IMG/VR virus record: IMGVR_UViG_3300009104_000002
Coordinates: 32,001-96,000 of that record
From: a virus
DNA length: 64,000 nt
Strand: one strand, 5' to 3'
Part shown: piece after piece, positions 1 through 7,891 of the stretch
Position numbering within the stretch: position 1 is the stretch's first letter
Layout of the letters: each line of letters opens with the position of its first letter
Position numbers and translations under genes: made by a program
The notes under the pieces: generated by a model
What the model was told of the DNA's origin: nothing
The model's input: only the letters and a program-made list of their open reading frames with translations
Database searches by the model: none

Positions 1-76
1 TTCTAAACAGCCTTTTCGTGACTTCGAAGATATAAAGCCTTGAATACTCACAAAGACCAAGGCGCGAATCGCGGGC

Positions 77-106
77 TTGAAGGCTGATTATATCGCCAGC
101 CTTCAA
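77..106 (-). terminator. Perfect 10-bp inverted repeat downstream of the VWA/peptidase gene; probable terminator
   Basis: TTGAAGGCTG-N10-CAGCCTTCAA, 22 nt past the stop at 129. Confidence 0.5.
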
Positions 107-128
107 TTCTTCGGTTTTAAACTGAATT

Positions 129-1475
129 CTAGTCATCGATTGCAATCACTCGCTCATTCGTTTGGAAGTAAGGGCGTTCTGCGCAAGCCTTGGTAGTCAT
201 CCACATGCGCTGGCAGTTGCTGGAAACCGGCTTAGGAGCCTCCATATCGGTTAGTACGATGTGACCATCAAATTTATTCTCATTTACCCACTTAGTTGGG
301 GCGTTAAAGCAGGTTCCACCGTACATATAACGGATTTTCTCATGTCGCTCGCCCTTCTTCCAGACGTGCACATGTGCCTCTGAAACCTGGGTATCAAAGG
401 GGACAATCGTAAAGTCGGCGATTTGTGCCAACTTCTCAAGCTCGGAATAGAAGGCTGTAAGCATACTATCGGAGACACTGCCCGATTGGTCAATTGAAAT
501 GGCGATTTTCGCCTGACGCTTTGCTTTGCGACCGGGATGGACATAAGCATAACGCCGGTTCAACCTCTTGATTGTCGAAGTCCTATCGGCGCGTTGGGAA
601 GCCTTGACGAATGAACGCAGGACGGCTCTCCAGTTGACTTTTGGAGTTATAACCTCCTTTATCGTCCGGCGCATACCAGCAGAGACAGAGCCGAACCCTT
701 TGGATTGGGCCTCGACAAAAGCCTCTTTGATACTCTCTTTTAATCGCTCCTCGGCGATTTTGCGCTTTTCATCTGTACCATCGGAGTCGCCCCAATCGGA
801 ATGGTCATCAAAGCCGTTTCCACTGGAAGGACCGGGCTTTTCGCCGCCCTCTCCAGAGCCGTCGCCTTCACCCTCATCATCGCCGGAAGCGGAGGAAGAA
901 CCTTCATTATCGCCTTCCTCACCCTGGCCTTCGCCTTCACCTTCGCCGCCTTCATCCTCGGGATTGTCGGGGAGCAAAGTCATATATTCCTCAGCCGAAA
1001 GATGAGGGGGAAGGTCCACAAACGGGCCGACCGTTGGAATACAGGCCATATCTACCGGCAAAAGGGAACTTTCGACGGCACAGCCAGTCGGAGTATCGGC
1101 ATGGCGTGTAAATACAGTTAGTTCGCTGTTTATCGCGAGGTCCGTGGCAATATTCCATTTCTTCGTCATCTTTCCATCGGGTAGGCGAGAAGTGACGTGC
1201 AAAAGCATAATATGGTAGAACTCGTGCAATAGTACGCCTTTAACGTACTTTATATCTTGGTCGAGCATCTTCGCCATGAAGTCTGGATTATACATCAGTT
1301 CAAACCGGCATTTTTCCTCATTGAAGCGGACGCCAGCGGTAGGAATGGACTTAGAAGGTCGCTTTTCCATCTTTCGCGAAAGCGCGGAGAAGAAAGGTTC
1401 ATCGCGGAGAAGGTCAACGATGTGATTGTTGAGGTCGAAAGCTGGTAATTGCTTTTCGGGTGAGGTGATAGTCAT
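129..1475 (-). CDS. Putative metallopeptidase with C-terminal VWA-like domain (MoxR partner)
   Basis: HEFYH (HExxH) motif, acidic G/E/D linker, C-terminal MIDAS-like ISIDQSGSVS; adjacent to a MoxR-type ATPase. Confidence 0.8.
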   Translation of the reverse strand: MTITSPEKQLPAFDLNNHIVDLLRDEPFFSALSRKMEKRPSKSIPTAGVRFNEEKCRFELMYNPDFMAKMLDQDIKYVKGVLLHEFYHIMLLHVTSRLPDGKMTKKWNIATDLAINSELTVFTRHADTPTGCAVESSLLPVDMACIPTVGPFVDLPPHLSAEEYMTLLPDNPEDEGGEGEGEGQGEEGDNEGSSSASGDDEGEGDGSGEGGEKPGPSSGNGFDDHSDWGDSDGTDEKRKIAEERLKESIKEAFVEAQSKGFGSVSAGMRRTIKEVITPKVNWRAVLRSFVKASQRADRTSTIKRLNRRYAYVHPGRKAKRQAKIAISIDQSGSVSDSMLTAFYSELEKLAQIADFTIVPFDTQVSEAHVHVWKKGERHEKIRYMYGGTCFNAPTKWVNENKFDGHIVLTDMEAPKPVSSNCQRMWMTTKACAERPYFQTNERVIAIDD

Positions 1476-1495
1476 AAGAAGAACTCCAAGTTATA

Positions 1496-1556
1496 TATAC
1501 ATTATACACGTTTTTCGCGTATAAGTAAAGAGAAAAGTTGTAAAGAAAATGTCAAG
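1496..1556 (-). promoter_or_regulatory. 61-bp cassette repeat copy 1 (sigma70-type promoter with two extra upstream -35-like boxes)
   Basis: Minus strand CTTGACATTTTCTTTACAACTTTTCTC-TTTACT-17bp-TATAAT. Confidence 0.85.
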
Positions 1557-1568
1557 GGTGAAAAGGGT

Positions 1569-1605
1569 GGTTGCAAGGGAGGATAACCAACTCCCCCTTG
1601 CAACC
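1569..1605 (-). terminator. Strong hairpin after the AAA ATPase gene
   Basis: GGTTGCAAGGG...CCCTTGCAACC 11-bp arms, followed on the minus strand by ACCCTTTT. Confidence 0.6.
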
Positions 1606-1625
1606 GGAGCTATCACACTCGTAAA

Positions 1626-2780
1626 TTATTTGCCTCCAAGCAGCTTAATGAACGCCTCGACCTTTCCCTGCTTTGCAAGCTCCCGATGGAAGTTCGAGCC
1701 ATTGTCGGCGGAAATCTGGTTATTCGCCTTGGTTAGCGTAGTAAACAGTTTCATCCTCGCTTCTGCCGGGAGGGTATCAAAGTACCGGACCAAATTGGAC
1801 ATTTTGGATTCTTCCATTTTGGAGTTGAAAACCTCACTTGCATCCATTTTCTCAATCAAGGAGACGTGGTCAACCAAGCCGAAATCGGAGGTTTTATCTA
1901 CCTTACCGTGGACCAAAATATCGTCAACGGTTACCTGTCGCTCGTAATTCTCAACAAAATCACGCAACGCAACGGCGGCCTCAAAACCTACGAATCCGTT
2001 GGACAGATTGAAAAGCAAGCCCAAATCTGCCTTTTCGTCGTCAAGCATATTGACCTTTGCAAGCGTATTGCTCAGGCGGTGCCATGAACGGCGCGAAGGG
2101 TGAACAATGCCCGGTTCAAACTCGCCTTTGTGCTCCAAGTGGTCTTGGTTCTGGTTGATGAAGTCCCAAATGATAGGGTGAACCTCGGTTTTGCCCCAAT
2201 CAAGCCAATCTTCGACGCTAGGCTCAACGTCAAAGCAAACCCAACGGTCAAGTTCAGCCGGGTCCATATCAGCAACTTGGTATTGTGCAGCATGAACGCC
2301 GCCATTCACCGCGCCGAAAATGACCGTCCCAGGATGGAGTTTCCAACCGTTGATTTGGCGACTATCGCCAAGCTGGAAAAATCCCTGTCGAACCTCAGTC
2401 GTGGCTCGGTCAATTTCATCGAGAAAGAGCACGACAGGCTCAGTACAGGCCCGCACAAGCCACGAGAAGGGTCGTAAAGCCGCCGCCGCCTGACCATTGA
2501 CCTTGACCATCTCGGGGGATGGGAGGCCCAACAAGTCGCCCTCAGTCATCTGTGAGGCGCGTTGCTCAATAACTGGAAGAGGGGTTTCACCCTTCTTAAT
2601 CGGGCGCGTGGTTTTGGTCTTTTTATCCCACGTCAAACCGTTAGCGGTTTGGTAGGCAATCCACGATTTACCGATACCGTGGCGGCCACGGATAAGGACG
2701 GAATAAAGGTTGCTTTCGTCGCCCGAAAGAAGGGTCGGAATCATTGAAAAAAGGTTTGAGAATGTGATAGCTACGGACAT
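1626..2780 (-). CDS. MoxR-like AAA+ ATPase
   Basis: Walker A GRHGIGKS, Walker B LFLDEIDR, GAVN sensor, DPAELDRW arginine finger, HPSRRSW. Confidence 0.85.
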   Translation of the reverse strand: MSVAITFSNLFSMIPTLLSGDESNLYSVLIRGRHGIGKSWIAYQTANGLTWDKKTKTTRPIKKGETPLPVIEQRASQMTEGDLLGLPSPEMVKVNGQAAAALRPFSWLVRACTEPVVLFLDEIDRATTEVRQGFFQLGDSRQINGWKLHPGTVIFGAVNGGVHAAQYQVADMDPAELDRWVCFDVEPSVEDWLDWGKTEVHPIIWDFINQNQDHLEHKGEFEPGIVHPSRRSWHRLSNTLAKVNMLDDEKADLGLLFNLSNGFVGFEAAVALRDFVENYERQVTVDDILVHGKVDKTSDFGLVDHVSLIEKMDASEVFNSKMEESKMSNLVRYFDTLPAEARMKLFTTLTKANNQISADNGSNFHRELAKQGKVEAFIKLLGGK

Positions 2781-2822
2781 TTTAAGGCTCCAAGGTTAAG
2801 TAGGGGAGAGGTTCAAGTTATG

Positions 2823-2883
2823 TATACATTATACACGTTTTTTTGGGTCAAGTCAACAAAAAAGTTGTCAAGAGAATGTCAAG
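2823..2883 (-). promoter_or_regulatory. 61-bp cassette repeat copy 2
   Basis: CTTGACATTCTCTTGACAACTTTTTTG-TTGACT-17bp-TATAAT. Confidence 0.9.
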
Positions 2884-2896
2884 ACTCCAAAAGGGC

Positions 2897-3667
2897 CTAT
2901 AAAGCCCCATGATAGGATTTTTGTTTCTTATATACACGCTTCCAGAATTTTAAATCGCCTCCGAGCGACCACTTATCGGGCGGAATCGGAGTTTTGACGG
3001 GACTTTCCACGTCACAAAAATATTGCATCTTACTATCAGAGCGCCAATGTGAGCCTTCAATCCACTGTTTGGCAACACATTCATCCATGAGCAGCTTGGC
3101 GGTTTCGGGATCCCAAACCCAACCGGGTTCACTATTCCAACGCGCTGTTATGTCGCATAAAGGTCTGGAAAGCCATGGCGCGTTATTATCGAAATAGGAA
3201 TATTCTCTATTAAAGTGGTTGATATTATCCCAGCTTATAAGTGTAATAACGTGAGGAATACGATAGCGCGCAGACTCATAATCATCCTCGTCGGTGCGAC
3301 CCATAAACCTATCTGTCGATAAGATAGTTCCAACGCCGACTCCCAGAGCTTTCATTCTTTCGAGGATCGCCTTCCGGAAAATAGCGTTCTTAGCCTGACT
3401 TTCGAGGATGTGGGCGCGAAGCTCAGGACAGGTTGCGCGATTGTGGCCTTTGCCATCGCAATATGAGCACTTGCGGTCTTTAGCCTTCGCGCTTCTCTTG
3501 GCTTTCTTCCTATCATAAGCGGCGACCAGATGATGGCCATCGCCGTTCTCTTTGCGGATTCGCTCCATTCGGCCCGCGTATTCGGGACAAGATGATTTAT
3601 TATGCCCCCGTTCGTGACAATACGAGCACCTAACTGTTCTTTTCGCGTGTTTATAAGAGTAGGCCAT
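2897..3667 (-). CDS. Protein with two CCHC zinc knuckles
   Basis: CSYCHERGHNKSSC and CSYCDGKGHNRATC (CX2CX4HX4C); start moved to the ATG after the GGAG RBS. Confidence 0.75.
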   Translation of the reverse strand: MAYSYKHAKRTVRCSYCHERGHNKSSCPEYAGRMERIRKENGDGHHLVAAYDRKKAKRSAKAKDRKCSYCDGKGHNRATCPELRAHILESQAKNAIFRKAILERMKALGVGVGTILSTDRFMGRTDEDDYESARYRIPHVITLISWDNINHFNREYSYFDNNAPWLSRPLCDITARWNSEPGWVWDPETAKLLMDECVAKQWIEGSHWRSDSKMQYFCDVESPVKTPIPPDKWSLGGDLKFWKRVYKKQKSYHGAL

Positions 3668-3709
3668 GTGATAGACTCCAAGAGTTTGGGGTGAGTGGTT
3701 CAAGTTATG

Positions 3710-3770
3710 TATACATTATACACGTTATTTCGGTTCAAGTCAACAACTAAATTGTAAAGAAAATGTCAAG
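3710..3770 (-). promoter_or_regulatory. 61-bp cassette repeat copy 3
   Basis: CTTGACATTTTCTTTACAATTTAGTTG-TTGACT-17bp-TATAAT. Confidence 0.9.
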
Positions 3771-4008
3771 AGGTTTTAATTTCGGTCAAAACTGGCATAA
3801 TTTCATAAGTGATACTCTCCGTGCATCCCGTGAGGTCATACCAATTCTCCAATGCCCGTTTATCAGTTATATCCTCTGGAATTTCGAACTCACCTCTCCA
3901 CTCACGCACCCATTCGAGCATCGCAGTGTTGGCCAAAGCCTCGGTTGCAACTACGGTATGGTCAGTTCCATGTCGGTGTTCATAAGTTACTAAATATATT
4001 TCTTTCAT
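3766..4008 (-). CDS. Hypothetical protein
   Basis: 80-aa ORF; TGA stop lies inside repeat copy 3. Confidence 0.7.
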   Translation of the reverse strand: MKEIYLVTYEHRHGTDHTVVATEALANTAMLEWVREWRGEFEIPEDITDKRALENWYDLTGCTESITYEIMPVLTEIKTS

Positions 4009-4283
4009 TTTTATCTCGGTTTTTATAAAGTTTCAAACTGGTAAATAGATGATGACCAAGCGGGACCGTTGTCGTTTTTCTCGGATAGCCGACTTCCTAT
4101 CTGCATAAATGTATTGTTGACGCTTTAGTCGCCCCCTCGATAATGGAGATAGAAAGCCCTTTATGTACCGCATCGGCGATAAGCAACCTTCAACCCTTAG
4201 AATCGAGAGCCAGCCCTATACAGCAACGGGCTGGGTTTTGTTCTATGTGGCCCCACTTGGCCATATTCAAGTTAAGACATAGC

Positions 4284-4877
4284 TTATCCCTTATGGCGTT
4301 TAAGCCAACGTTCCTCGACTCGGTAGGTTTTGTCGGACCCAAAGGGGAGGATAGTGTAGGGTCTAGCTCCCTTTGCTGCTGATGATACATCGCCCTCGTT
4401 GGTTACGACAAGGGCAATAGTCCCTTTCAACCTGTGATGTGGGCAGTTCTGGGACTTGCGAACCTGAACAAGCGAACCAGCATCGAAGGCTGGGGGCATA
4501 TTATAGGTTGCAATTACCTTTTGGACGTATTTATTCTCAACCATTTTATTATAAAGTTTCTCGGATGGAATGTAAGTTACATCCTCGACAATCTTCGCGG
4601 CGACCTCTCCAAAGTATGGAGGGTTTTTAAGGTAGTATTTCGCGGCAATTTGGAGTTTCGCCGCCATGTCTTCATCCCATGCGTCATACCAATCTTTTCG
4701 CGCTGCAATGACCTTTGGGTCAAAACGGGCTTCCATCCTCTCAAATGCCGACCACTGCTTCGCGGTGAGGCTTCCCCACTTTTTGCAGTTGCCAAGCAGA
4801 CTTTCGGCGAACGAGCGAGAAGAAGGGTTCAAGTTGGGGTTTTCAAGTAGTTTTCTGATTCGGTCTGGTTGAGACAA
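4284..4877 (-). CDS. Hypothetical early protein
   Basis: 197-aa ORF with TTG start and GGAG RBS directly below promoter copy 4. Confidence 0.75.
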   Translation of the reverse strand: MSQPDRIRKLLENPNLNPSSRSFAESLLGNCKKWGSLTAKQWSAFERMEARFDPKVIAARKDWYDAWDEDMAAKLQIAAKYYLKNPPYFGEVAAKIVEDVTYIPSEKLYNKMVENKYVQKVIATYNMPPAFDAGSLVQVRKSQNCPHHRLKGTIALVVTNEGDVSSAAKGARPYTILPFGSDKTYRVEERWLKRHKG

Positions 4878-4898
4878 GGGGAACTCCTATAAAAGATA

Positions 4899-4959
4899 CA
4901 TACATTATACACGTTATTTTGGGTTAGGTCAAGAGAAAAGTTGTCAAGAGAATGTCAAG
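4899..4959 (-). promoter_or_regulatory. 61-bp cassette repeat copy 4
   Basis: CTTGACATTCTCTTGACAACTTTTCTC-TTGACC-17bp-TATAAT. Confidence 0.9.
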
Positions 4960-4963
4960 AGAT

Positions 4964-5284
4964 TTACTTTCCTCCGAACCATCCCCGTGTCCGATTGAAA
5001 GACGGGTTTAATATTACCTTTTCGTCGCCCGCAACGGGGTTCCACACCCAAAACCGGCGTTTCTTCGTCCCTATCTGGTGCAGACCGTGAGGTGCTGGAC
5101 CTGCCAGCCCGTTGCGCCTAGATTGGCCCCTAGAAGGGAACAGACCGGCCTCTACAGCCATTTCAGCGAGGTCGTCGTGGTCTATGACCAAAACCTCTTC
5201 ATGGGCCTCCAGAGGGCCGAATACAAGCTCTATATCGCGCTGGGCGACGGTGTGGTTTTCTCGCTGGACTACAAAATGTTTCAA
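4964..5284 (-). CDS. Small protein with S4-like (TyrRS C-terminal-like) segment
   Basis: LAEMAVEAGLFPSRGQSRRNG resembles the S4 motif; TTG start after GGAG. Confidence 0.55.
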   Translation of the reverse strand: MKHFVVQRENHTVAQRDIELVFGPLEAHEEVLVIDHDDLAEMAVEAGLFPSRGQSRRNGLAGPAPHGLHQIGTKKRRFWVWNPVAGDEKVILNPSFNRTRGWFGGK

Positions 5285-5306
5285 GGTGTGACTCCTATAA
5301 AAGATA

Positions 5307-5367
5307 CATGTATTATACACACGGGCGTGTGAAAGGTCAAGAGAAAAGTTGTCAAGAGAATGTCAAC
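5307..5367 (-). promoter_or_regulatory. 61-bp cassette repeat copy 5
   Basis: GTTGACATTCTCTTGACAACTTTTCTC-TTGACC-17bp-TATAAT. Confidence 0.9.
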
Positions 5368-5389
5368 AACTTTATAAATAGTTTATAAC

Positions 5390-5638
5390 TTACCTTTCCC
5401 TCGGATGAACCTGATACCAGCCTGGGCCGCACGATTCTGTACGAACAAGCAGGATATTCTCCTGACCATACGATTCCAGGGTTTCAACGTGCTGTTTGTC
5501 GTATCCGCCTGGGCCTCGGCTTCTCAAGAGAACATCGGCTCGGACTGAAAACCAAGTTCCAACCGGGCCAAAATAGAGGTCTTGGCCATTGTGGAACTCG
5601 AAAGCCTGATCTCGGTTAATATAAATTGATTCAAACAT
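5390..5638 (-). CDS. Hypothetical protein
   Basis: 82-aa ORF overlapping the upstream stop. Confidence 0.65.
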   Translation of the reverse strand: MFESIYINRDQAFEFHNGQDLYFGPVGTWFSVRADVLLRSRGPGGYDKQHVETLESYGQENILLVRTESCGPGWYQVHPRER

Positions 5639-5849
5639 TTATCTTTCCTCTGGTGATAACTTCAAAATCTGCTGAATGATTATTGACTTCGACGATTGTT
5701 CCGTTTAGTCGGCTATTATAGGGCGAATAGGTGCAGTGTACCACGATCTTGTGATAGTAACCGTTGAATTCGCTGGTTTTAAAGCCGACAATGATACCCT
5801 CTATCTTGTTCATCTTGAACCGGATTAAATCGCCCCTCCTAAGTCCCAT
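5631..5849 (-). CDS. Small SH3/KOW-like hypothetical protein
   Basis: LRRGDLIRF...EGIIVG pattern; overlapping gene chain. Confidence 0.65.
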   Translation of the reverse strand: MGLRRGDLIRFKMNKIEGIIVGFKTSEFNGYYHKIVVHCTYSPYNSRLNGTIVEVNNHSADFEVITRGKINV

Positions 5850-6039
5850 TTGTGGCCTCGAAATTGTATAATTTGTAGTGTGACATTTGTGACTCTGGTT
5901 CGCTAAATCGTCGATGTAAATATTCAGGGTCTTTCGGCGAATGAATCATAAAATAAGTAATTCCAAACTGGTTTTTCTTAATGATTATACTTCTTCCACC
6001 CTGGGTGTCCTCGATGATTTGTCCTATTTCAAACTGCAC
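5839..6039 (-). CDS. Small SH3/KOW-like hypothetical protein
   Basis: QFEIGQII N-terminus shared with neighbours. Confidence 0.6.
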   Translation of the reverse strand: MQFEIGQIIEDTQGGRSIIIKKNQFGITYFMIHSPKDPEYLHRRFSEPESQMSHYKLYNFEATNGT

Positions 6040-6235
6040 TTAGAAGTACCTCTGACATATTGAGTAATTTGTGTAAATCGCTGCTCTGAATTTCATTATT
6101 GGGGGATTTGATGCAATAAAGCGAATAATAGGGGCGCGCCGACGACGACACGGGGGGATGAATACCCACAACAATAAACATCCAAGCCTCCTTTTCCAGT
6201 TCATACTTGACGATTTGTCCTATTTCAAACTTCAT
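6029..6235 (-). CDS. Small SH3/KOW-like hypothetical protein
   Basis: MKFEIGQIV N-terminus. Confidence 0.65.
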   Translation of the reverse strand: MKFEIGQIVKYELEKEAWMFIVVGIHPPVSSSARPYYSLYCIKSPNNEIQSSDLHKLLNMSEVLLSAV

Positions 6236-6491
6236 TTATCACCGTCCACCCATCGCTCTTGTCGCTTCCATCTGACTCTTGAAAGAGCCACATATCGGAA
6301 GTACCGGGAAAATGTAAATTTGATTTACCGGGCTGGATACAGACGGCCTTCAATTGCATTTTGAATTCAACGTAGGTATTATCCCGGCGCTTGATGCCTT
6401 TCTCACTTATCCGAAGAACCTCCGTCACAAGCCACAAACCGTTGCTTGTTTTGTTCTTCAATAAATTTCCAGGTTTAAACTTCATTTTCAA
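6225..6491 (-). CDS. Small SH3/KOW-like hypothetical protein
   Basis: MKFKPGNLL N-terminus; paralog of 6475-6729. Confidence 0.7.
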   Translation of the reverse strand: MKMKFKPGNLLKNKTSNGLWLVTEVLRISEKGIKRRDNTYVEFKMQLKAVCIQPGKSNLHFPGTSDMWLFQESDGSDKSDGWTVINEV

Positions 6492-6729
6492 CTTTCCACA
6501 ACTTATCCATAGGGTGCGTATCTTTTGGTGAGAGGAGCCAAGTATCCATCATACCCGGTTCCCAGTAATTATTGCCTTCTCCCCTGTCCTTTCCCGCATA
6601 GACGCACCAAGCATTTACACAGCGCGTCCAGTTCTGTTTATACTCGCCCCCGTAAGGCTTACTTGAAACAATTATCCAAGTAGAGCCTGACGGAGTGTGA
6701 CATAACAAATTGCCCGGTTTAAACTTCAT
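6475..6729 (-). CDS. Small SH3/KOW-like hypothetical protein
   Basis: MKFKPGNLL...PG..D.WL shared with 6225-6491. Confidence 0.7.
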   Translation of the reverse strand: MKFKPGNLLCHTPSGSTWIIVSSKPYGGEYKQNWTRCVNAWCVYAGKDRGEGNNYWEPGMMDTWLLSPKDTHPMDKLWKVENEV

Positions 6730-6734
6730 ACTGA

Positions 6735-6905
6735 CTAGAGGGGAATGTCTTCATCTAGTTCTTCCTGAATCCAGTCGGGACACTCCTCGTCCATGTCGAG
6801 GGGCATAGGGTCGTATGAACCTCCAAAATCATACATTTCTCCATAGTATTCCTCGGATGAGATGGTTGCAAGGTCGTCTAGGGTTGGGTCTTTGAGAGTT
6901 GGCAT
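6735..6905 (-). CDS. Small acidic hypothetical protein
   Basis: Start MPTLKD after an AAAGGAG RBS; D/E-rich. Confidence 0.6.
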   Translation of the reverse strand: MPTLKDPTLDDLATISSEEYYGEMYDFGGSYDPMPLDMDEECPDWIQEELDEDIPL

Positions 6906-6934
6906 TTCTGCTCCTTTGTTGAAAGATGATGAAT

Positions 6935-7011
6935 AGTGGGCGTGCTCTGCAACAGTCACTTCGGGGCTAGATCATTGGCTCCCGACAGGAATTCAACCTG
7001 CTCCCCCCACC
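6935..7011 (-). ncRNA. Candidate 77-nt structured RNA (three-hairpin cloverleaf-like leader)
   Basis: GGUGGG/CCCACU closing stem enclosing CAGG/CCUG, UCGGG/CCCGA and GUG-CUG/CAG-CAC hairpins; begins about 10 nt below the -10 box of copy 6. Confidence 0.45.
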
Positions 7012-7016
7012 GTTCA

Positions 7017-7077
7017 TATACATTATACACGTTATTTTGATTCAGGTCAAGAGAAAAGTTGTCAAGAGAATGTCAAG
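7017..7077 (-). promoter_or_regulatory. 61-bp cassette repeat copy 6
   Basis: CTTGACATTCTCTTGACAACTTTTCTC-TTGACC-17bp-TATAAT. Confidence 0.9.
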
Positions 7078-7080
7078 AGA

Positions 7081-7245
7081 TTATTCATCTTCTATAAATT
7101 CAGGCCATTCCTCCTCGAAATCATCGGGTGAAGCCTTGTAATGCTCCATGAGATAATGCTCGGCGAACGTCACCAATTCGTCCATTGACCAACTGGCGAC
7201 CACTTCGCGGGCTAGTTTAAGTCTGCTTTCTTCTGTGTTTTTCAT
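7081..7245 (-). CDS. Small acidic hypothetical protein (54 aa, not in the ORF track)
   Basis: MKNTEESRLKLAREVVASW...; TAATG coupling to the upstream gene. Confidence 0.6.
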   Translation of the reverse strand: MKNTEESRLKLAREVVASWSMDELVTFAEHYLMEHYKASPDDFEEEWPEFIEDE

Positions 7246-7496
7246 TATAGAAAATCCTTAATTGTTTGGGTTGACATATAATCTTTCTGAAATTGATTTC
7301 TATCTTCTTCGCTTTCAAAGCGTCGAACGGCGACAGAACCACAAGAGCCTGTCACACCAAAATGTTTTGGCTCTGATTGGTCGCCGCCCAGTTCCTCAAC
7401 GCAGTCTGGACACTCATTTATATAGCCTCCAACCAGCTTTTTCTGGCGTGAGTATAAGTTGAACTCGATTCCACAATGTTTGCAAGTTTTAAGCAT
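7245..7496 (-). CDS. Zinc-ribbon small protein
   Basis: CKHC ... CPDC. Confidence 0.65.
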   Translation of the reverse strand: MLKTCKHCGIEFNLYSRQKKLVGGYINECPDCVEELGGDQSEPKHFGVTGSCGSVAVRRFESEEDRNQFQKDYMSTQTIKDFL

Positions 7497-7505
7497 ACTT
7501 TTCCT

Positions 7506-7721
7506 TTATCTAAATTCTCTATCATTATCGATTTTCCACGATTCGTGGAGTTTGAAGTCTATGGTTTGCCCTACGTTTAATGAATAAATTTCATCCCTAG
7601 TACAAAATAGGGTCGCGGTGCTTGGTTTGTGGGGGTTGGCGTTCTTCCTCAATGAAACTACAATACCCTCCATTTGCATGTCTTTATTTACAATATAATC
7701 TCCTGCCTGAATGTCTTTCAT
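7506..7721 (-). CDS. Small SH3/KOW-like hypothetical protein
   Basis: IQAGDYIV...EGIVVS. Confidence 0.65.
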   Translation of the reverse strand: MKDIQAGDYIVNKDMQMEGIVVSLRKNANPHKPSTATLFCTRDEIYSLNVGQTIDFKLHESWKIDNDREFR

Positions 7722-7891
7722 AATACTTTCTCCAGAAATTCCAGTTGCGAAGGGAACAATAAGATTACCGGAAAGACTGTTCCTCTTGGTTCATACATAA
7801 TTCGGATGTGAATATCACTATCGGTAATTTTCAGAATGTGACCGAGCCAGCCGGTATCTTTATGCTTTACTAAATCGCCAACCTTAAACAT
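7718..7891 (-). CDS. Small SH3/KOW-like protein (57 aa, not in the ORF track)
   Basis: MFKVGDLVKHKDTGWLGHILKI; ATGA overlap with the downstream gene. Confidence 0.65.
   Translation of the reverse strand: MFKVGDLVKHKDTGWLGHILKITDSDIHIRIMYEPRGTVFPVILLFPSQLEFLEKVL

Noticed and set aside
568-1005. Ser/Pro-rich + strand ORF, and the other + strand ORFs such as 57355-58191
   Set aside because: Antisense shadows of minus-strand genes, with no RBS or promoter support.
6935-7011. Canonical tRNA gene
   Set aside because: No GTTC T-loop, no 7-nt anticodon loop and no CCA; kept only as an ncRNA candidate.
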